A DNA stretch of 64,000 nucleotides, taken from positions 50,525 through 114,524 of the forward strand of contig CACYSA010000001.1 in NCBI GenBank assembly GCA_902777015.1, in the 5' to 3' direction. Below are positions 49,000 to 58,911 of this stretch, one piece after another. The position numbers were made by a program, and so were the translations under genes. Position 1 is the first letter of the stretch, and the number at the start of each line of letters is the position of its first letter. The notes below the pieces were generated by a model. That model had not been told where the DNA came from. It saw only the letters and a program-made list of their open reading frames with translations, and ran no database searches. The DNA is from an uncultured Erysipelotrichaceae bacterium (GTDB taxonomy: Bacteria > Bacillota_I > Bacilli_A > RFN20 > CAG-826).

Positions 49000-49605
49000 A
49001 TGAATTACGAAATTATATTAGCGACTAATAACAAGCACAAATTACAAGAGGTGAGACAAATACTCTCACCACATAAAATCGTTGTCTATGGACTTAATGA
49101 CCTTAACTTGAAAGTTAAGGATGTTGAAGAAAACGGTAAAACATACGCTGAAAACGCTTTGATTAAAGCAAAGGCGGTCCAAGAATTAGCCACTATGCCA
49201 ATCATCGCTGACGATTCTGGTTTAGAAATTACTGCTTTAGATAATAGACCAGGAATGTTCTCCGCTAGATTTGCTTCTTCTCAAGGTGGGCACGATAACG
49301 CCATTAAACAATTATTAAAAGAATTGGAAGATAAAGAAGATAGATCTGCTAGATTCGTTTGTGATATCGTTCTTCTTAATGCTGATAAAAACCCATTAAC
49401 ATTTGAAGGAATTGCTAAAGGAACAATTGCTAAAGAAAAACAAGGCGAAGGTGGCTTTGGCTATGATCCTATTTTCATTAGTGACGAAACCGGAACTTGT
49501 TTTGGAACAATGGGTCAAGAAGAAAAAAACACGGTCAGTCACCGTGCTAAAGCTTTAAAGAAGTTATTAGCTTACTTAAAGATAAATGGGTTTGTCCCAC
49601 TATAA
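49000..49605 (+). CDS. rdgB: Non-canonical purine NTP pyrophosphatase (RdgB/HAM1)
   Basis: 201 aa with ILATNNKHKLQE, DDSGLEI and GFGYDPIF. Confidence 0.9.
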   Translation: MNYEIILATNNKHKLQEVRQILSPHKIVVYGLNDLNLKVKDVEENGKTYAENALIKAKAVQELATMPIIADDSGLEITALDNRPGMFSARFASSQGGHDNAIKQLLKELEDKEDRSARFVCDIVLLNADKNPLTFEGIAKGTIAKEKQGEGGFGYDPIFISDETGTCFGTMGQEEKNTVSHRAKALKKLLAYLKINGFVPL

Positions 49606-50648
49606 TATTTCTTTTTAATTCTATTCTTCCATGCGAAGTGTAGGATAACTAGCACTAATGCGCCAACTGCTAATATTGCGCTTAAAACAATAACCAAAAT
49701 TTTAACAGCCAAAACATTAATGATGGCAGCTACAATAAAGCCTGCAATAGCGACAGTTAAGATCGCTAAAGCAAGTGGTAAAGATAAGAATTCTAAACGA
49801 TAAAGTAGGAAGTTATTTACAAAGACTTCCTCTTTTATTAATGACTTCTTACCATCCTCTCTAGTAAGAGCGTATTTATTGATAATTGGCTTACCATTTT
49901 TATCGACTTTTTGTTCGCCTTTAACACTTAAAATAGGCGTTCCATTAGCGTCGAATTTATGGAATTTACAAGCATAACCATCTGTTGTGTAGAATGTTTC
50001 TTTATGCACATCAGCGTAAGCTTCGCGTGATTTTTCTACGCGTTCAACAACTTCTTTGAATTGTTCTTTATTACTATCGATAAAGAATTTAGCTTCTTCA
50101 GCGATAAATACTTTATAGTCTTTAATCTCATCCACTCTTTTTAAATAAAGAATGATACAATCCATATCATAGAATTGGCTATGTAATGTGATTCTTTTTT
50201 TCAAGCGACTTTCATATGTATCAAGAGCGTCTAATAAGAGCATTAAGAAATTGAAATATTCATTAGCCCTTTCTTGATAATGGAACATTTTAGGAGCTTC
50301 TTGTTGATGCAAAGATTGGGCAAAAGTAATCTTGCCTTTTCTTGTGCTTGATAAATAGACCATTGATAAGATACGGCCCATATGAGCGACTTTGATTGAG
50401 TCATTTAAATCAATGATATGGGCAAATGTTTGATAAGCTTCTAAATATTGTGTTGTTTCAAATAAGGCTCTTGAAGCTTTCTTAAGATAATGGGAAATTA
50501 ATCCACCATAATTAGTAATCGCTTCTTTTGGAGACATGGCCGCCATACAGTTAGGGCAATAGCAAACCTCAGCGTCTTTATTAACGTCGAAGATGCGATC
50601 ATATTCGTCACCTTTACAATGTGTACAGAAACCTTTTTTCAGTGCCAT
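49572..50648 (-). CDS. Hypothetical zinc-ribbon protein with C-terminal TM helices
   Basis: 358 aa with CTHCKG...CYCPNC at the N-terminus and two or three hydrophobic helices near the C-terminus. Its 3' end overlaps rdgB by 34 nt, convergently. Confidence 0.7.
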   Translation of the reverse strand: MALKKGFCTHCKGDEYDRIFDVNKDAEVCYCPNCMAAMSPKEAITNYGGLISHYLKKASRALFETTQYLEAYQTFAHIIDLNDSIKVAHMGRILSMVYLSSTRKGKITFAQSLHQQEAPKMFHYQERANEYFNFLMLLLDALDTYESRLKKRITLHSQFYDMDCIILYLKRVDEIKDYKVFIAEEAKFFIDSNKEQFKEVVERVEKSREAYADVHKETFYTTDGYACKFHKFDANGTPILSVKGEQKVDKNGKPIINKYALTREDGKKSLIKEEVFVNNFLLYRLEFLSLPLALAILTVAIAGFIVAAIINVLAVKILVIVLSAILAVGALVLVILHFAWKNRIKKKYYSGTNPFIFK

Positions 50649-50674
50649 GCTATTATCTTACCACAAAAATGTAT

Positions 50675-51964
50675 TTATAATTCATTTTTATAAGCATTTT
50701 CTAAACGCTCTGTAGCTTTCTCTGCCTCTTTATAAATATCTTCGACACTTTCATTAAGATAGAATTTACCGTCTTCATATAAGATTTTACCGTTGATCAT
50801 TGTCATCTTAATATTGTCTTTGCTACCAGCATAAACTAAGTTAGTAACAATATTATTGAGTGGTTGCATGCTTGGTCTATTTAAGTCAATCATGATGATA
50901 TCCGCTAGTTTATTAACATCTAACACATCAGCGTCATTTAAGCCCATGGCTTTCGCACCATTGACTGTTGCCATCTTTAAGAATTCAAAAGCAGGGATGA
51001 ATCTATCATCTTGACTTTGAAGTCTATTAAATGACGCTAATAGGTACATTTCTTTAAACATATCTAAGCCATTATTGCTAGCAGGACCATCTGTACCAAT
51101 AGCGATATTAATACCCATGTTGTAGTATTTGGTAATTGGAACAATGCCCGCGGCTAATTTAGCGTTACTACATGGGCAAGTCACAATTGTCAAATTGTTG
51201 TCTTTAAATATTTGTGCTTCTTCATCAGTTAGATGGACACAGTGATAGCCACCTCCACCATAAGCAAATAAGCCATTTTCATATAAATATTTAGCAGGAG
51301 GCATATTATGTCTTTCAATACAGCCTTCTACTTCACCTTTAGTTTCACTAATATGGGTGAAGAATGGACTATGAGTCATCTCAATAGCTTCTTTTGTTTT
51401 AGCGATTCTATTTTCATCAGCGGTATATTCTGAATGTAGACCGACACAGAATCTTACTAAGCTATCTTTATTTTCGTTGTATTTACGATAGTTATTGATC
51501 TCTTGTTCTAAAGAAGTAACACCATGTTCGTATGTTCCTAAAAGTAATGAACGGATGCCAAAATCTTCAGCGCTTTTTGCCATTTCTGGAATGAAGAAAT
51601 AATAATCGAATATCGCCGTAATACCACTTGTTAAATATTCGAGATAAGCAACTTTGTTAAGAGCGTAAACATCTTCAGGAATGAGATGTTCTTCTCTAGG
51701 AAGGCAAGTATTAAATAACCATTCGTGTTGACGTTCATCATCCGCTTTACCGCGTAAGAATACCATCGAACTATGAGCGTGAGCGTTTTTAAAGCCTGGC
51801 ATTAATAAGTTCTTTTGACAATCAATTTCACGGTCAAAAGGTCCATAATTTTGATAATCATTACCGATATAGGCAATGCGGTTACCATTAACCACTAAAC
51901 TGCCTTCAATAATGTTTTCATCCTTCATTGTGAGGATACGGGCGTTTTTAAGTAGGATTTTCAT
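50675..51964 (-). CDS. mtaD: Amidohydrolase, MTA/SAH deaminase-like
   Basis: Trimmed to ATG 51964 (MKILLKNARILTM), which has an ATGA overlap with plsC and GGAGG upstream. Metal motif NAHAHS and later HLTD/GTDG motifs are present. Confidence 0.7.
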   Translation of the reverse strand: MKILLKNARILTMKDENIIEGSLVVNGNRIAYIGNDYQNYGPFDREIDCQKNLLMPGFKNAHAHSSMVFLRGKADDERQHEWLFNTCLPREEHLIPEDVYALNKVAYLEYLTSGITAIFDYYFFIPEMAKSAEDFGIRSLLLGTYEHGVTSLEQEINNYRKYNENKDSLVRFCVGLHSEYTADENRIAKTKEAIEMTHSPFFTHISETKGEVEGCIERHNMPPAKYLYENGLFAYGGGGYHCVHLTDEEAQIFKDNNLTIVTCPCSNAKLAAGIVPITKYYNMGINIAIGTDGPASNNGLDMFKEMYLLASFNRLQSQDDRFIPAFEFLKMATVNGAKAMGLNDADVLDVNKLADIIMIDLNRPSMQPLNNIVTNLVYAGSKDNIKMTMINGKILYEDGKFYLNESVEDIYKEAEKATERLENAYKNEL

Positions 51965-52644
51965 ATTTTGCCTCCTTCGCATATCTCTTTGAGATATAGC
52001 TCATATTCATGTAGCTTTTTAGCGACTTCATTAATTTTATTTTGATTTGGAACTGGACCCACCATTTCTTTAACGTTAAACGGCTTACCAATTACTAATT
52101 TAGTCATTCTCCAAATGCTTTCTCTTTTTTCATGATAGACGGGGATGATTGGTCGTCCTGATAAATAGGCCATTAAGACCACACCTCCTTTAAAGTCATC
52201 AACTTCACCATCTCTTTTAATATGGCCTTCAGGGAACAATGCAAGCACATGTCCATTAGCGACATATTGCCCTAAGAATTTCACCGTGGAGAAGGATGGT
52301 TTTTCTCGATCGATTGGATAAGAAAGAAAGACATTTCTATAAGCCCAAGATTGGAATTTATTCTTAAGTAATTCAGACATGAAAACGAAATGTAATCTTC
52401 TTGATAAGAACGCAGTAAGTAGGATAAATGGATCAGAGAAGCCAACATGGTTAGAAGAGATTAAAGCACCACCTTTAATTCTTTGTTTTGCTTCTTTGCC
52501 ATCATATATTTTCTTAATGCGATACCAGATCATTGTTTGCCAAAAGCCAAACCATTTCACAAAATCATAAAGAATGTATTTAAAAGAGAATAGTTTTGCT
52601 TTAGGTACTTTTTGTGGTTTTTTCTTTTGTTTTGTTTCGCTCAT
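51961..52644 (-). CDS. plsC: 1-acyl-sn-glycerol-3-phosphate acyltransferase family
   Basis: 227 aa with the HxxxxD motif (NHVGFSDP) and FPEGH. Confidence 0.8.
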   Translation of the reverse strand: MSETKQKKKPQKVPKAKLFSFKYILYDFVKWFGFWQTMIWYRIKKIYDGKEAKQRIKGGALISSNHVGFSDPFILLTAFLSRRLHFVFMSELLKNKFQSWAYRNVFLSYPIDREKPSFSTVKFLGQYVANGHVLALFPEGHIKRDGEVDDFKGGVVLMAYLSGRPIIPVYHEKRESIWRMTKLVIGKPFNVKEMVGPVPNQNKINEVAKKLHEYELYLKEICEGGKI

Positions 52645-52764
52645 ATCTCAACCTTTATATTTTATATAAGATTATAGATATTATCAATTATGGTTATCGA
52701 TTTTTATAAGCGTAAATCTTCTTTACTTTAAGATATCCATTTGTTATATTTTACAAAGTAAGGC

Positions 52765-53007
52765 TATGAAGGAAACAAGTAGACTTAGCGATGTTTACTA
52801 GAGAGTGGCTGGTAGGTGCAAAGCCATAAACTAACTAAGTTGAATACATTCCAGAGCTGCTTCCTGAACTAATAGTAGGGATAGACGGGTTCGCCCGAAA
52901 TAGCGAAGTGTCAAAGACACACTAAGGGATAGCTTGTGAAAGTTATCTAAATAGAGGTGGTACCACGATTAATCGTCCTCTATTCCTTTTTGGAATAGAG
53001 GTTTTTT
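52765..53007 (+). promoter_or_regulatory. T-box leader (tRNA-Tyr-sensing riboswitch) with terminator
   Basis: AGAGAG box near 52800. Specifier loop GAA-UAC-A with UAC (Tyr) at 52845-52847. T-box sequence AATAGAGGTGGTACCACG at about 52950-52967. Terminator CCTCTATTCC/GGAATAGAGG (52977-53001) plus T6. Confidence 0.85.
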
Positions 53008-53024
53008 ATAAGGAGTTACTTAAA

Positions 53025-54236
53025 ATGAAAATCTATGAAGAATTACAAAGAAGAGGATTAATTGCCCAAGTTACTGATGAAGCAGAAATTAGAGAACTCA
53101 TCAATAATGGAGGTGCGAGATTCTATATTGGTTTCGACCCTACCGCTGATTCATTACACGCTGGTCACTTTATGACATTAGTGTTAATGAAAAGATTACA
53201 ATTAGCCGGTAATAAACCTATCGTCGTTTTAGGCGGTGGTACTGGTTTAGTGGGTGATCCAAGTGGTCGTACCGATATGAGAGCGATGCTCACTGAAGAA
53301 CAAATTGCTCATAACTGTGAAAGATTTAAAGAACAAATTGGTCGCTTTATTGAATTTGGTGAAGATAAAGCCTTATGCGTTAATAACGCAGATTGGTTAA
53401 AAGGTTTAAAATACGTTGAACTTTTAAGAGATGTTGGTGCTTGTTTCTCTGTTAACAAAATGTTAACAGCGGAATGCTATAAGCAAAGAATGGAAAAAGG
53501 TTTAACATTCTTAGAATTCAACTACATGATTATGCAATCATATGACTTCTATCATTTACATGAACAATATGGCTGCAATATGGAATTTGGTGGTGATGAC
53601 CAATGGAGCAATATGCTTGCTGGTACAGAGCTCATCAGAAAGAAAACTGGTAAAGATGCCTACGCTTTAACTATTCCTCTATTAACTAATAGTGAAGGTA
53701 AAAAGATGGGTAAATCCGTTAACGGTGCGTTATGGTTAGATAAAGATAAAACATCCCCATATGAATTCTTCCAATATTGGAGAAATGTTAATGACGCGGA
53801 CGTTGACAAATGCTTAAAGATGATTACTTTTTTACCAATTGAAGAAATCGAAGAAATGGCAAAATGGCCAGGCGAAAGAATCAATGAAAAGAAAGAAATC
53901 TTAGCTTTTGAAATTACTAAATTAGTACATGGTGAAGAAGAAGCTAGAAAAGCATTAGAAGCCGCAAGGGCGTTATTCTCTGGTGAAGGTGATGACGCTA
54001 ATATGCCTACAACTGAAATCGAACTTGAAAATGATATCGGTTTATTAGACTTATTAGTGCTCACAAAATTAGCCGCTTCTAAAGGCGAAGCTAGGAGACT
54101 TATTGATCAAGGTGGTATCTCACTTAACGGTAACAAAATTAGCGATGTCAATTTAAGAATCACTAAAGTCGATTTAGCGGAACCAATCAAAATCAAGAAA
54201 GGTAAAAAAGCCTTCCATAAAGTCGTTCTTAAATAA
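53025..54236 (+). CDS. tyrS: Tyrosyl-tRNA synthetase
   Basis: 403 aa with HIGH-type motif (SLHAGH), KMSKS-type motif (KMGKS) and a C-terminal S4-like domain. AAGGAG lies upstream. Confidence 0.95.
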   Translation: MKIYEELQRRGLIAQVTDEAEIRELINNGGARFYIGFDPTADSLHAGHFMTLVLMKRLQLAGNKPIVVLGGGTGLVGDPSGRTDMRAMLTEEQIAHNCERFKEQIGRFIEFGEDKALCVNNADWLKGLKYVELLRDVGACFSVNKMLTAECYKQRMEKGLTFLEFNYMIMQSYDFYHLHEQYGCNMEFGGDDQWSNMLAGTELIRKKTGKDAYALTIPLLTNSEGKKMGKSVNGALWLDKDKTSPYEFFQYWRNVNDADVDKCLKMITFLPIEEIEEMAKWPGERINEKKEILAFEITKLVHGEEEARKALEAARALFSGEGDDANMPTTEIELENDIGLLDLLVLTKLAASKGEARRLIDQGGISLNGNKISDVNLRITKVDLAEPIKIKKGKKAFHKVVLK

Positions 54237-54260
54237 GAATTATTGATATTAAGGTATAGA

Positions 54261-54285
54261 AAAAAGTAGATTCGCTCTACTTTTT
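54261..54285. terminator. Bidirectional terminator between tyrS and the thioesterase gene
   Basis: AAAAAGTAGA-TTCGC-TCTACTTTTT hairpin. Confidence 0.75.
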
Positions 54286-54302
54286 CTTTGTTTTATTAGT
54301 TT

Positions 54303-55019
54303 TTATTCTTTAACGAATGTCACTTTTCCTAAAAATGATGTCGCACCATCGACTTTAACTTCAATGATTTCAGGATTAGCGTTATCACTATAGACATCCA
54401 CTATTTCGTTTTCTTTGATTTCTTTAAGATAATTTAAAGAGATGAAACTTGGACGATGTGTCTTATAAAATTCAAAGTCATGAACGTCCATTAATAATTC
54501 CACATAATGGACATTATTCATATGGCAGTTAAAGTCTAAATCACTATAGTGTATCTTTCTTGCTTCGACTTTGTTTCTAATACCTTCTGGGACGATTTTA
54601 GAAGGTAATGGTAATTCATATTCACTAGTTTCAGGTGGAAGTTTTGTGATCGTGTTTTTATCAACAATAACTCTTCTCGTTTTCGCATCGATTAATGCCC
54701 AAATTGATGAACATCTAACGATGAGATTTTTATTTTCATCAAGAATATAGAAATAACGAGGATATAGCATCGCCATATCTTTACCTGGATATGTGCAAAC
54801 TGTAATCTTTTCATTACAACGTGGTAAGCGAATGATTTCAGTATCCATACGAGTAATGACCCAATCTATTCCTCTTTTAGCTAAAGAGATAGAATCACAT
54901 TCTATTTTTTCAGTGGCTAACATCGCCATATCTTGAAAGATACGAAATAGATTCGAAGGTTTTAAATTAAAACGATAATCGACATCGTTATTAGAAATAA
55001 TAAATTCTTTTTGAAACAT
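54303..55019 (-). CDS. Acyl-ACP thioesterase family protein
   Basis: Trimmed to ATG 55019 (MFQKEFIISNNDVDY...). Double hot-dog pattern with HMNNVHY. Confidence 0.7.
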   Translation of the reverse strand: MFQKEFIISNNDVDYRFNLKPSNLFRIFQDMAMLATEKIECDSISLAKRGIDWVITRMDTEIIRLPRCNEKITVCTYPGKDMAMLYPRYFYILDENKNLIVRCSSIWALIDAKTRRVIVDKNTITKLPPETSEYELPLPSKIVPEGIRNKVEARKIHYSDLDFNCHMNNVHYVELLMDVHDFEFYKTHRPSFISLNYLKEIKENEIVDVYSDNANPEIIEVKVDGATSFLGKVTFVKE

Positions 55020-55023
55020 GCTG

Positions 55024-56115
55024 TTACTCCTTGATTGCCTTTTTAACTTTTTCTGCAGAGGCAAAGGCAAACATTAAATTATAGCCTCCACACATGCCAT
55101 CAATATCGAGCACTTCACCAGTAAAATATAGACCTTTTTCTTTCTTTGATTCTAAAGAATCATTGATTTCAGATAAAGAAAGACCACCATGACTGACTTC
55201 AGCGATTTGATAATCATAAAAATCTTTAAAAGTAAATGTGAGATTTTGAATATCTAAATTATTAACTAAAAGATAATCAGCAATCTTTGGTGAGACATAT
55301 TCGATATATTGGTCTTTATTGATCTTTTTATTGGTGTTAGCTAAATCTAAAACGATTTTAATATTGTTCTTATCTTTTAAACGATTAATCATTGAAGAGA
55401 TATTAAGCATGACAATGCCACTTAAGCCATCATCTTTAAATAAGATTTCGCCTTCTTCTTGATATATTAATTTACTGTCTTTAAATAATGAGACTTTACC
55501 TTTTTGTCTTTGACCAGAAATCTTCTTAGTGTTCTCTTTAACTTTTAAAGGACTTAACGTTGGTGATAATGTTTCAATCTTATAGCCATGTCTTTGTAGC
55601 ATATTTAAAGAAGTACCATCTGTACCGAGTTGAGGATAGCTACATCCACCGGCGGAAATGACTAGTTTATCAAACACGTGTTCGCTATTTTCGCTTTTTA
55701 CAATGAATTTATTATCTTGTTTTTGATAGTCTAAAACCTTTTCATTTAGATAGACTTCAATACCTAAACTTTCAATCTTTTTTATTAATTGAATAGCCAC
55801 TGTTTGAGCATTTAAAGAAACAGGATAGATTAAATTATCAATCGCGTAAGGATGAATACCATAGCTATCGAAAACACGAATGATATCTTGCGGTGTGAAT
55901 TCTTTTAATAATTCATTAGCGAGTTTGTTGTTGTATTTATTATCTAGTTCACCAGTATTCGTGTAATTACATCTACCATTACCAGTTACTAAGATCTTTT
56001 TTAATAATTTATCGTTTCTTTCAATGATAGAAACATCAAAAGAAGGATTGCTTTCTTTTAATCTAATTGCTAAGAAGGCACCTGAAGCACCACCACCGAT
56101 AATTCCAATTTTCAT
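55024..56115 (-). CDS. HI0933/BaiN-like NAD(FAD)-utilising flavoprotein
   Basis: Trimmed to ATG 56115 (MKIGIIGGGASGAF). The hallmark TGNGRCNYTN is present. Confidence 0.8.
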   Translation of the reverse strand: MKIGIIGGGASGAFLAIRLKESNPSFDVSIIERNDKLLKKILVTGNGRCNYTNTGELDNKYNNKLANELLKEFTPQDIIRVFDSYGIHPYAIDNLIYPVSLNAQTVAIQLIKKIESLGIEVYLNEKVLDYQKQDNKFIVKSENSEHVFDKLVISAGGCSYPQLGTDGTSLNMLQRHGYKIETLSPTLSPLKVKENTKKISGQRQKGKVSLFKDSKLIYQEEGEILFKDDGLSGIVMLNISSMINRLKDKNNIKIVLDLANTNKKINKDQYIEYVSPKIADYLLVNNLDIQNLTFTFKDFYDYQIAEVSHGGLSLSEINDSLESKKEKGLYFTGEVLDIDGMCGGYNLMFAFASAEKVKKAIKE

Positions 56116-56149
56116 AGGGAAATGATAACACTTAGTGTTAAAAAGCACA

Positions 56150-56174
56150 ATAAAGGACTAGGTTGCCCTAGTCC
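56150..56174 (-). terminator. Rho-independent terminator after the lipoprotein gene
   Basis: GGACTAGG-GCAA-CCTAGTCC hairpin on the minus strand, followed by TTTATT. Confidence 0.6.
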
Positions 56175-56195
56175 AATATTAGTTGTTTTGTCTAA

Positions 56196-57320
56196 TTATT
56201 CGCCAGCTTCTGCTTCTGGAATTTCAACAACAAAGCCAACGTTACCCCAAATGTTGTCTTCATTATGGACACCTGGGTGAGAGTAAACAGCGATTGTAGC
56301 GCCATCTTCTCTAGCGGTGACTGGATCACCGTCGATTTGGACAGTAGAAACGCAGTTTTCTTGTTTGTTTTCTTTGATGTTTAAGTGAGTATTATATTTA
56401 CCACTTGTCGCGTTAGCGGCCACCATGAAGTCAATATTGATATAAATGAACACTTCATTACCTTCTACTTTGTAGAAATAATATGGGTTACCTTCTGTTT
56501 GGCTGCCTTCTTTTCTAACACGTGTATTGGTGTTTGGAAGTTTTTGGAAGTTAACATAGGAATTGAATGCATCAAGTTGATCTTGTGTTAAATTTTCCTT
56601 ATTAGCACCACCGATCTTAGCAAAGATACCAGTATGGTCATAAACATTCTTTTCAATGGAGACTTTTTCAATTCTCACTGGTCCTAAGTTATCAACGACA
56701 AGTTTTGGAGCATTGCCCGCTTCTTGGTCGTTACGGAAATAGAACTTATATTCTGCGTCTTGTAAGACGGTTTCACTGGCGGTGACTTCATCTAGCGCTT
56801 GGTAGAAGCCTTTTGAACCGGTGTAAACTTGATATTTTTCACCACCGACGAAATTAATACCTGTAATTTTTAATTCAGCGGTGAATTTATTATTTTCGAT
56901 AGCAACTTCAAATTTGTAATCCGCATCTGCTGGTGTTTCTTTACCATAGATGAATGGATCTTCTTCCGCTGCTGGAGTTGGATCTGCTCCTTCACCTTCG
57001 CCACCTTCTTCAGGATCGGCTTGGCCACTAGAAGATTGATAAGTCATTAAACCAAAAGCGAAATTGAGTTTGGTTTCTTTAATGTCTTCAACTGAACCTT
57101 TAATTTGGAGATAAACATCGTTTTCCTTTTTAACGAGATCCATTTCTTCGTAATAAACTGCTGGAACTGGAACACGTTCTTTTGAGGTAGTTGGAGCTTT
57201 GGATGATGTGGCAGGTGTTTTTGAACCTCCCGCTTTTGAAGTGTTAGAATTACCGTTACAGGCACCTAAGATTAAAGTGGAAGCAACAAGTAAAGCACCT
57301 AAAAGTTTTTTTGCTTTCAT
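56196..57320 (-). CDS. Lipoprotein of unknown function
   Basis: Trimmed to ATG 57320 (MKAKKLLGALLVASTLILGAC), which has a signal peptide and LGAC lipobox. A Ser/Thr/Pro-rich linker follows, then a ~300-aa domain. Confidence 0.8.
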   Translation of the reverse strand: MKAKKLLGALLVASTLILGACNGNSNTSKAGGSKTPATSSKAPTTSKERVPVPAVYYEEMDLVKKENDVYLQIKGSVEDIKETKLNFAFGLMTYQSSSGQADPEEGGEGEGADPTPAAEEDPFIYGKETPADADYKFEVAIENNKFTAELKITGINFVGGEKYQVYTGSKGFYQALDEVTASETVLQDAEYKFYFRNDQEAGNAPKLVVDNLGPVRIEKVSIEKNVYDHTGIFAKIGGANKENLTQDQLDAFNSYVNFQKLPNTNTRVRKEGSQTEGNPYYFYKVEGNEVFIYINIDFMVAANATSGKYNTHLNIKENKQENCVSTVQIDGDPVTAREDGATIAVYSHPGVHNEDNIWGNVGFVVEIPEAEAGE

Positions 57321-57362
57321 AAAAAATTCCCTTCTGTACATACGTACCATAAAAAACAAATA

Positions 57363-57383
57363 GTTGTTTCCCCCGAAAACAAC
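57363..57383 (-). terminator. Possible terminator downstream of the permease gene
   Basis: GTTGTTT-loop-AAACAAC hairpin with a T-rich tract following on the minus strand. Confidence 0.4.
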
Positions 57384-57428
57384 ATTCTTACCTTTATAAT
57401 AAGAATATTTAATCAAATAGACAAGACA

Positions 57429-58910
57429 CTATTTTTTAGCGCGTTTATGAAATAAAGGAATATTCATACTATCTGGAAGAACCCATGAAAGTATAAACGA
57501 GATAATAAACATATTAAGGACACAGCTTGATAATAAATCACCAAGCCAACCCACTCCTAAACTATCAAATAAAGATGTTGAAGTAGCAATACCTAAATCG
57601 GTAGAAACTGTCGCTACAGTAATACCAAAGCCTAAGCACACACTGATAGCGGCAATCATAATGTTTTTATCAGACCAACCAGCTTCTGATATTGATTTCA
57701 TACCAATGACAACGATTGTACCGAATAAGATGACCATCGTACCACCGATAACAACATCAGGAATGGCTAAAATGAAATTAGCAATTGGTGGGAATAAGCC
57801 AGCGAGAATTAAGAATAATGCACCAACGAATATTGTTGAACGATTAATAACTTTAGTTTGGGCAACAATACCAACATTTTCAGAGAATGTTGTTAATGGT
57901 AAGGCACCAAAGAAGGCACCGATTGAAGCGTTAATGCCATCTGTTGTAATCGCACCCATGATTTCACGTTTTGTTGGTTCTCTTTCTAAACCTGCTTTAG
58001 CAACAGCGGTTGTATTACCAATACCTTCTACGACAGTGACAATAAAGCAGACACAAGATAAGATACATGGCACTAATTCAAAACGAAGTTTTGTAATATC
58101 AATGAAATGTGGGAAATCAAATATGCCGTGTGGACCAATTAAGTCATTCGCATCGATAGCCATGGATGAAAAATCAACCATACCAGGAATAAGGCAGCTC
58201 ACAATAAAGCCCACAGCGATACCAACGATAATATTGATGTTTTTCCAAACACCTTTAAATAAAAGTGACCATAATAAGGCACTTGTAATAGTTACTAAAG
58301 CGACAATGATATAACAAAAATAAGGGACATCCGTTGGTGTATGACCAGTAGCAATCACACTAGCGATGACACTATCGCCACCAAAGAAACTATTCGCGCC
58401 GCTGCCAACAAGAGATAAACCAACGCCTAAAATAACAATAGCGGGGACGATTGGTTTAATTAATCTCCCCCAGAATCGATATAATAACGAGAAAACAATA
58501 GCAAATAAGCCACCAACAATAATGGAACCCATAATTGTGTAATAGCCCGCTTCTCCTCCACCTGCATCTTGACCAATAGCAATAAGAATTGGTACAAAGG
58601 CAAACGAAGTACCAGCAACAACAGGTAATCTAGCGCCTAATAATAACTGAATAATTGTTCCTAAGCCCGCCATAAATAAAGCGGCTAATATGGAGAATGT
58701 TGCAAAGTTACTAGCATATAAGCCGATTGCGGATAAGACGATGACGATTGGGGCGATATTCGCGGCAAACATTGCTAAAACGTGTTGAATACCAAAAGGT
58801 ATCGCACTCCCTAGAGGGGCACGATTATCAAGTTTAAAAAGGTTCTCTTTTTCAGCAGGACCTTTAAATACGTTTCTAACACCTTGTCCTAAATCTTTAA
58901 AAAATTTCAT
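57429..58910 (-). CDS. NCS2-family nucleobase:cation symporter (xanthine/uracil permease type)
   Basis: About 493 aa from ATG 58910, polytopic, with Gly/Ala/Ile-rich helices typical of NCS2. The start lies 1 nt after the stop of the repeat-protein gene. Confidence 0.8.
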   Translation of the reverse strand: MKFFKDLGQGVRNVFKGPAEKENLFKLDNRAPLGSAIPFGIQHVLAMFAANIAPIVIVLSAIGLYASNFATFSILAALFMAGLGTIIQLLLGARLPVVAGTSFAFVPILIAIGQDAGGGEAGYYTIMGSIIVGGLFAIVFSLLYRFWGRLIKPIVPAIVILGVGLSLVGSGANSFFGGDSVIASVIATGHTPTDVPYFCYIIVALVTITSALLWSLLFKGVWKNINIIVGIAVGFIVSCLIPGMVDFSSMAIDANDLIGPHGIFDFPHFIDITKLRFELVPCILSCVCFIVTVVEGIGNTTAVAKAGLEREPTKREIMGAITTDGINASIGAFFGALPLTTFSENVGIVAQTKVINRSTIFVGALFLILAGLFPPIANFILAIPDVVIGGTMVILFGTIVVIGMKSISEAGWSDKNIMIAAISVCLGFGITVATVSTDLGIATSTSLFDSLGVGWLGDLLSSCVLNMFIISFILSWVLPDSMNIPLFHKRAKK

Positions 58911-58911
58911 T

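Noticed and set aside
53660-54064. 134-aa minus-strand ORF inside tyrS
   Set aside because: It is antisense to an unambiguous tyrosyl-tRNA synthetase. The peptide is Ser-rich and low-complexity, so it is a shadow ORF.
57661-58314. 217-aa plus-strand ORF inside the permease gene
   Set aside because: It is antisense to a gene with clear NCS2 transporter character. The peptide is low-complexity (Pro/Thr/Ile-rich) and has no start context. This is a typical shadow ORF in AT-rich DNA.
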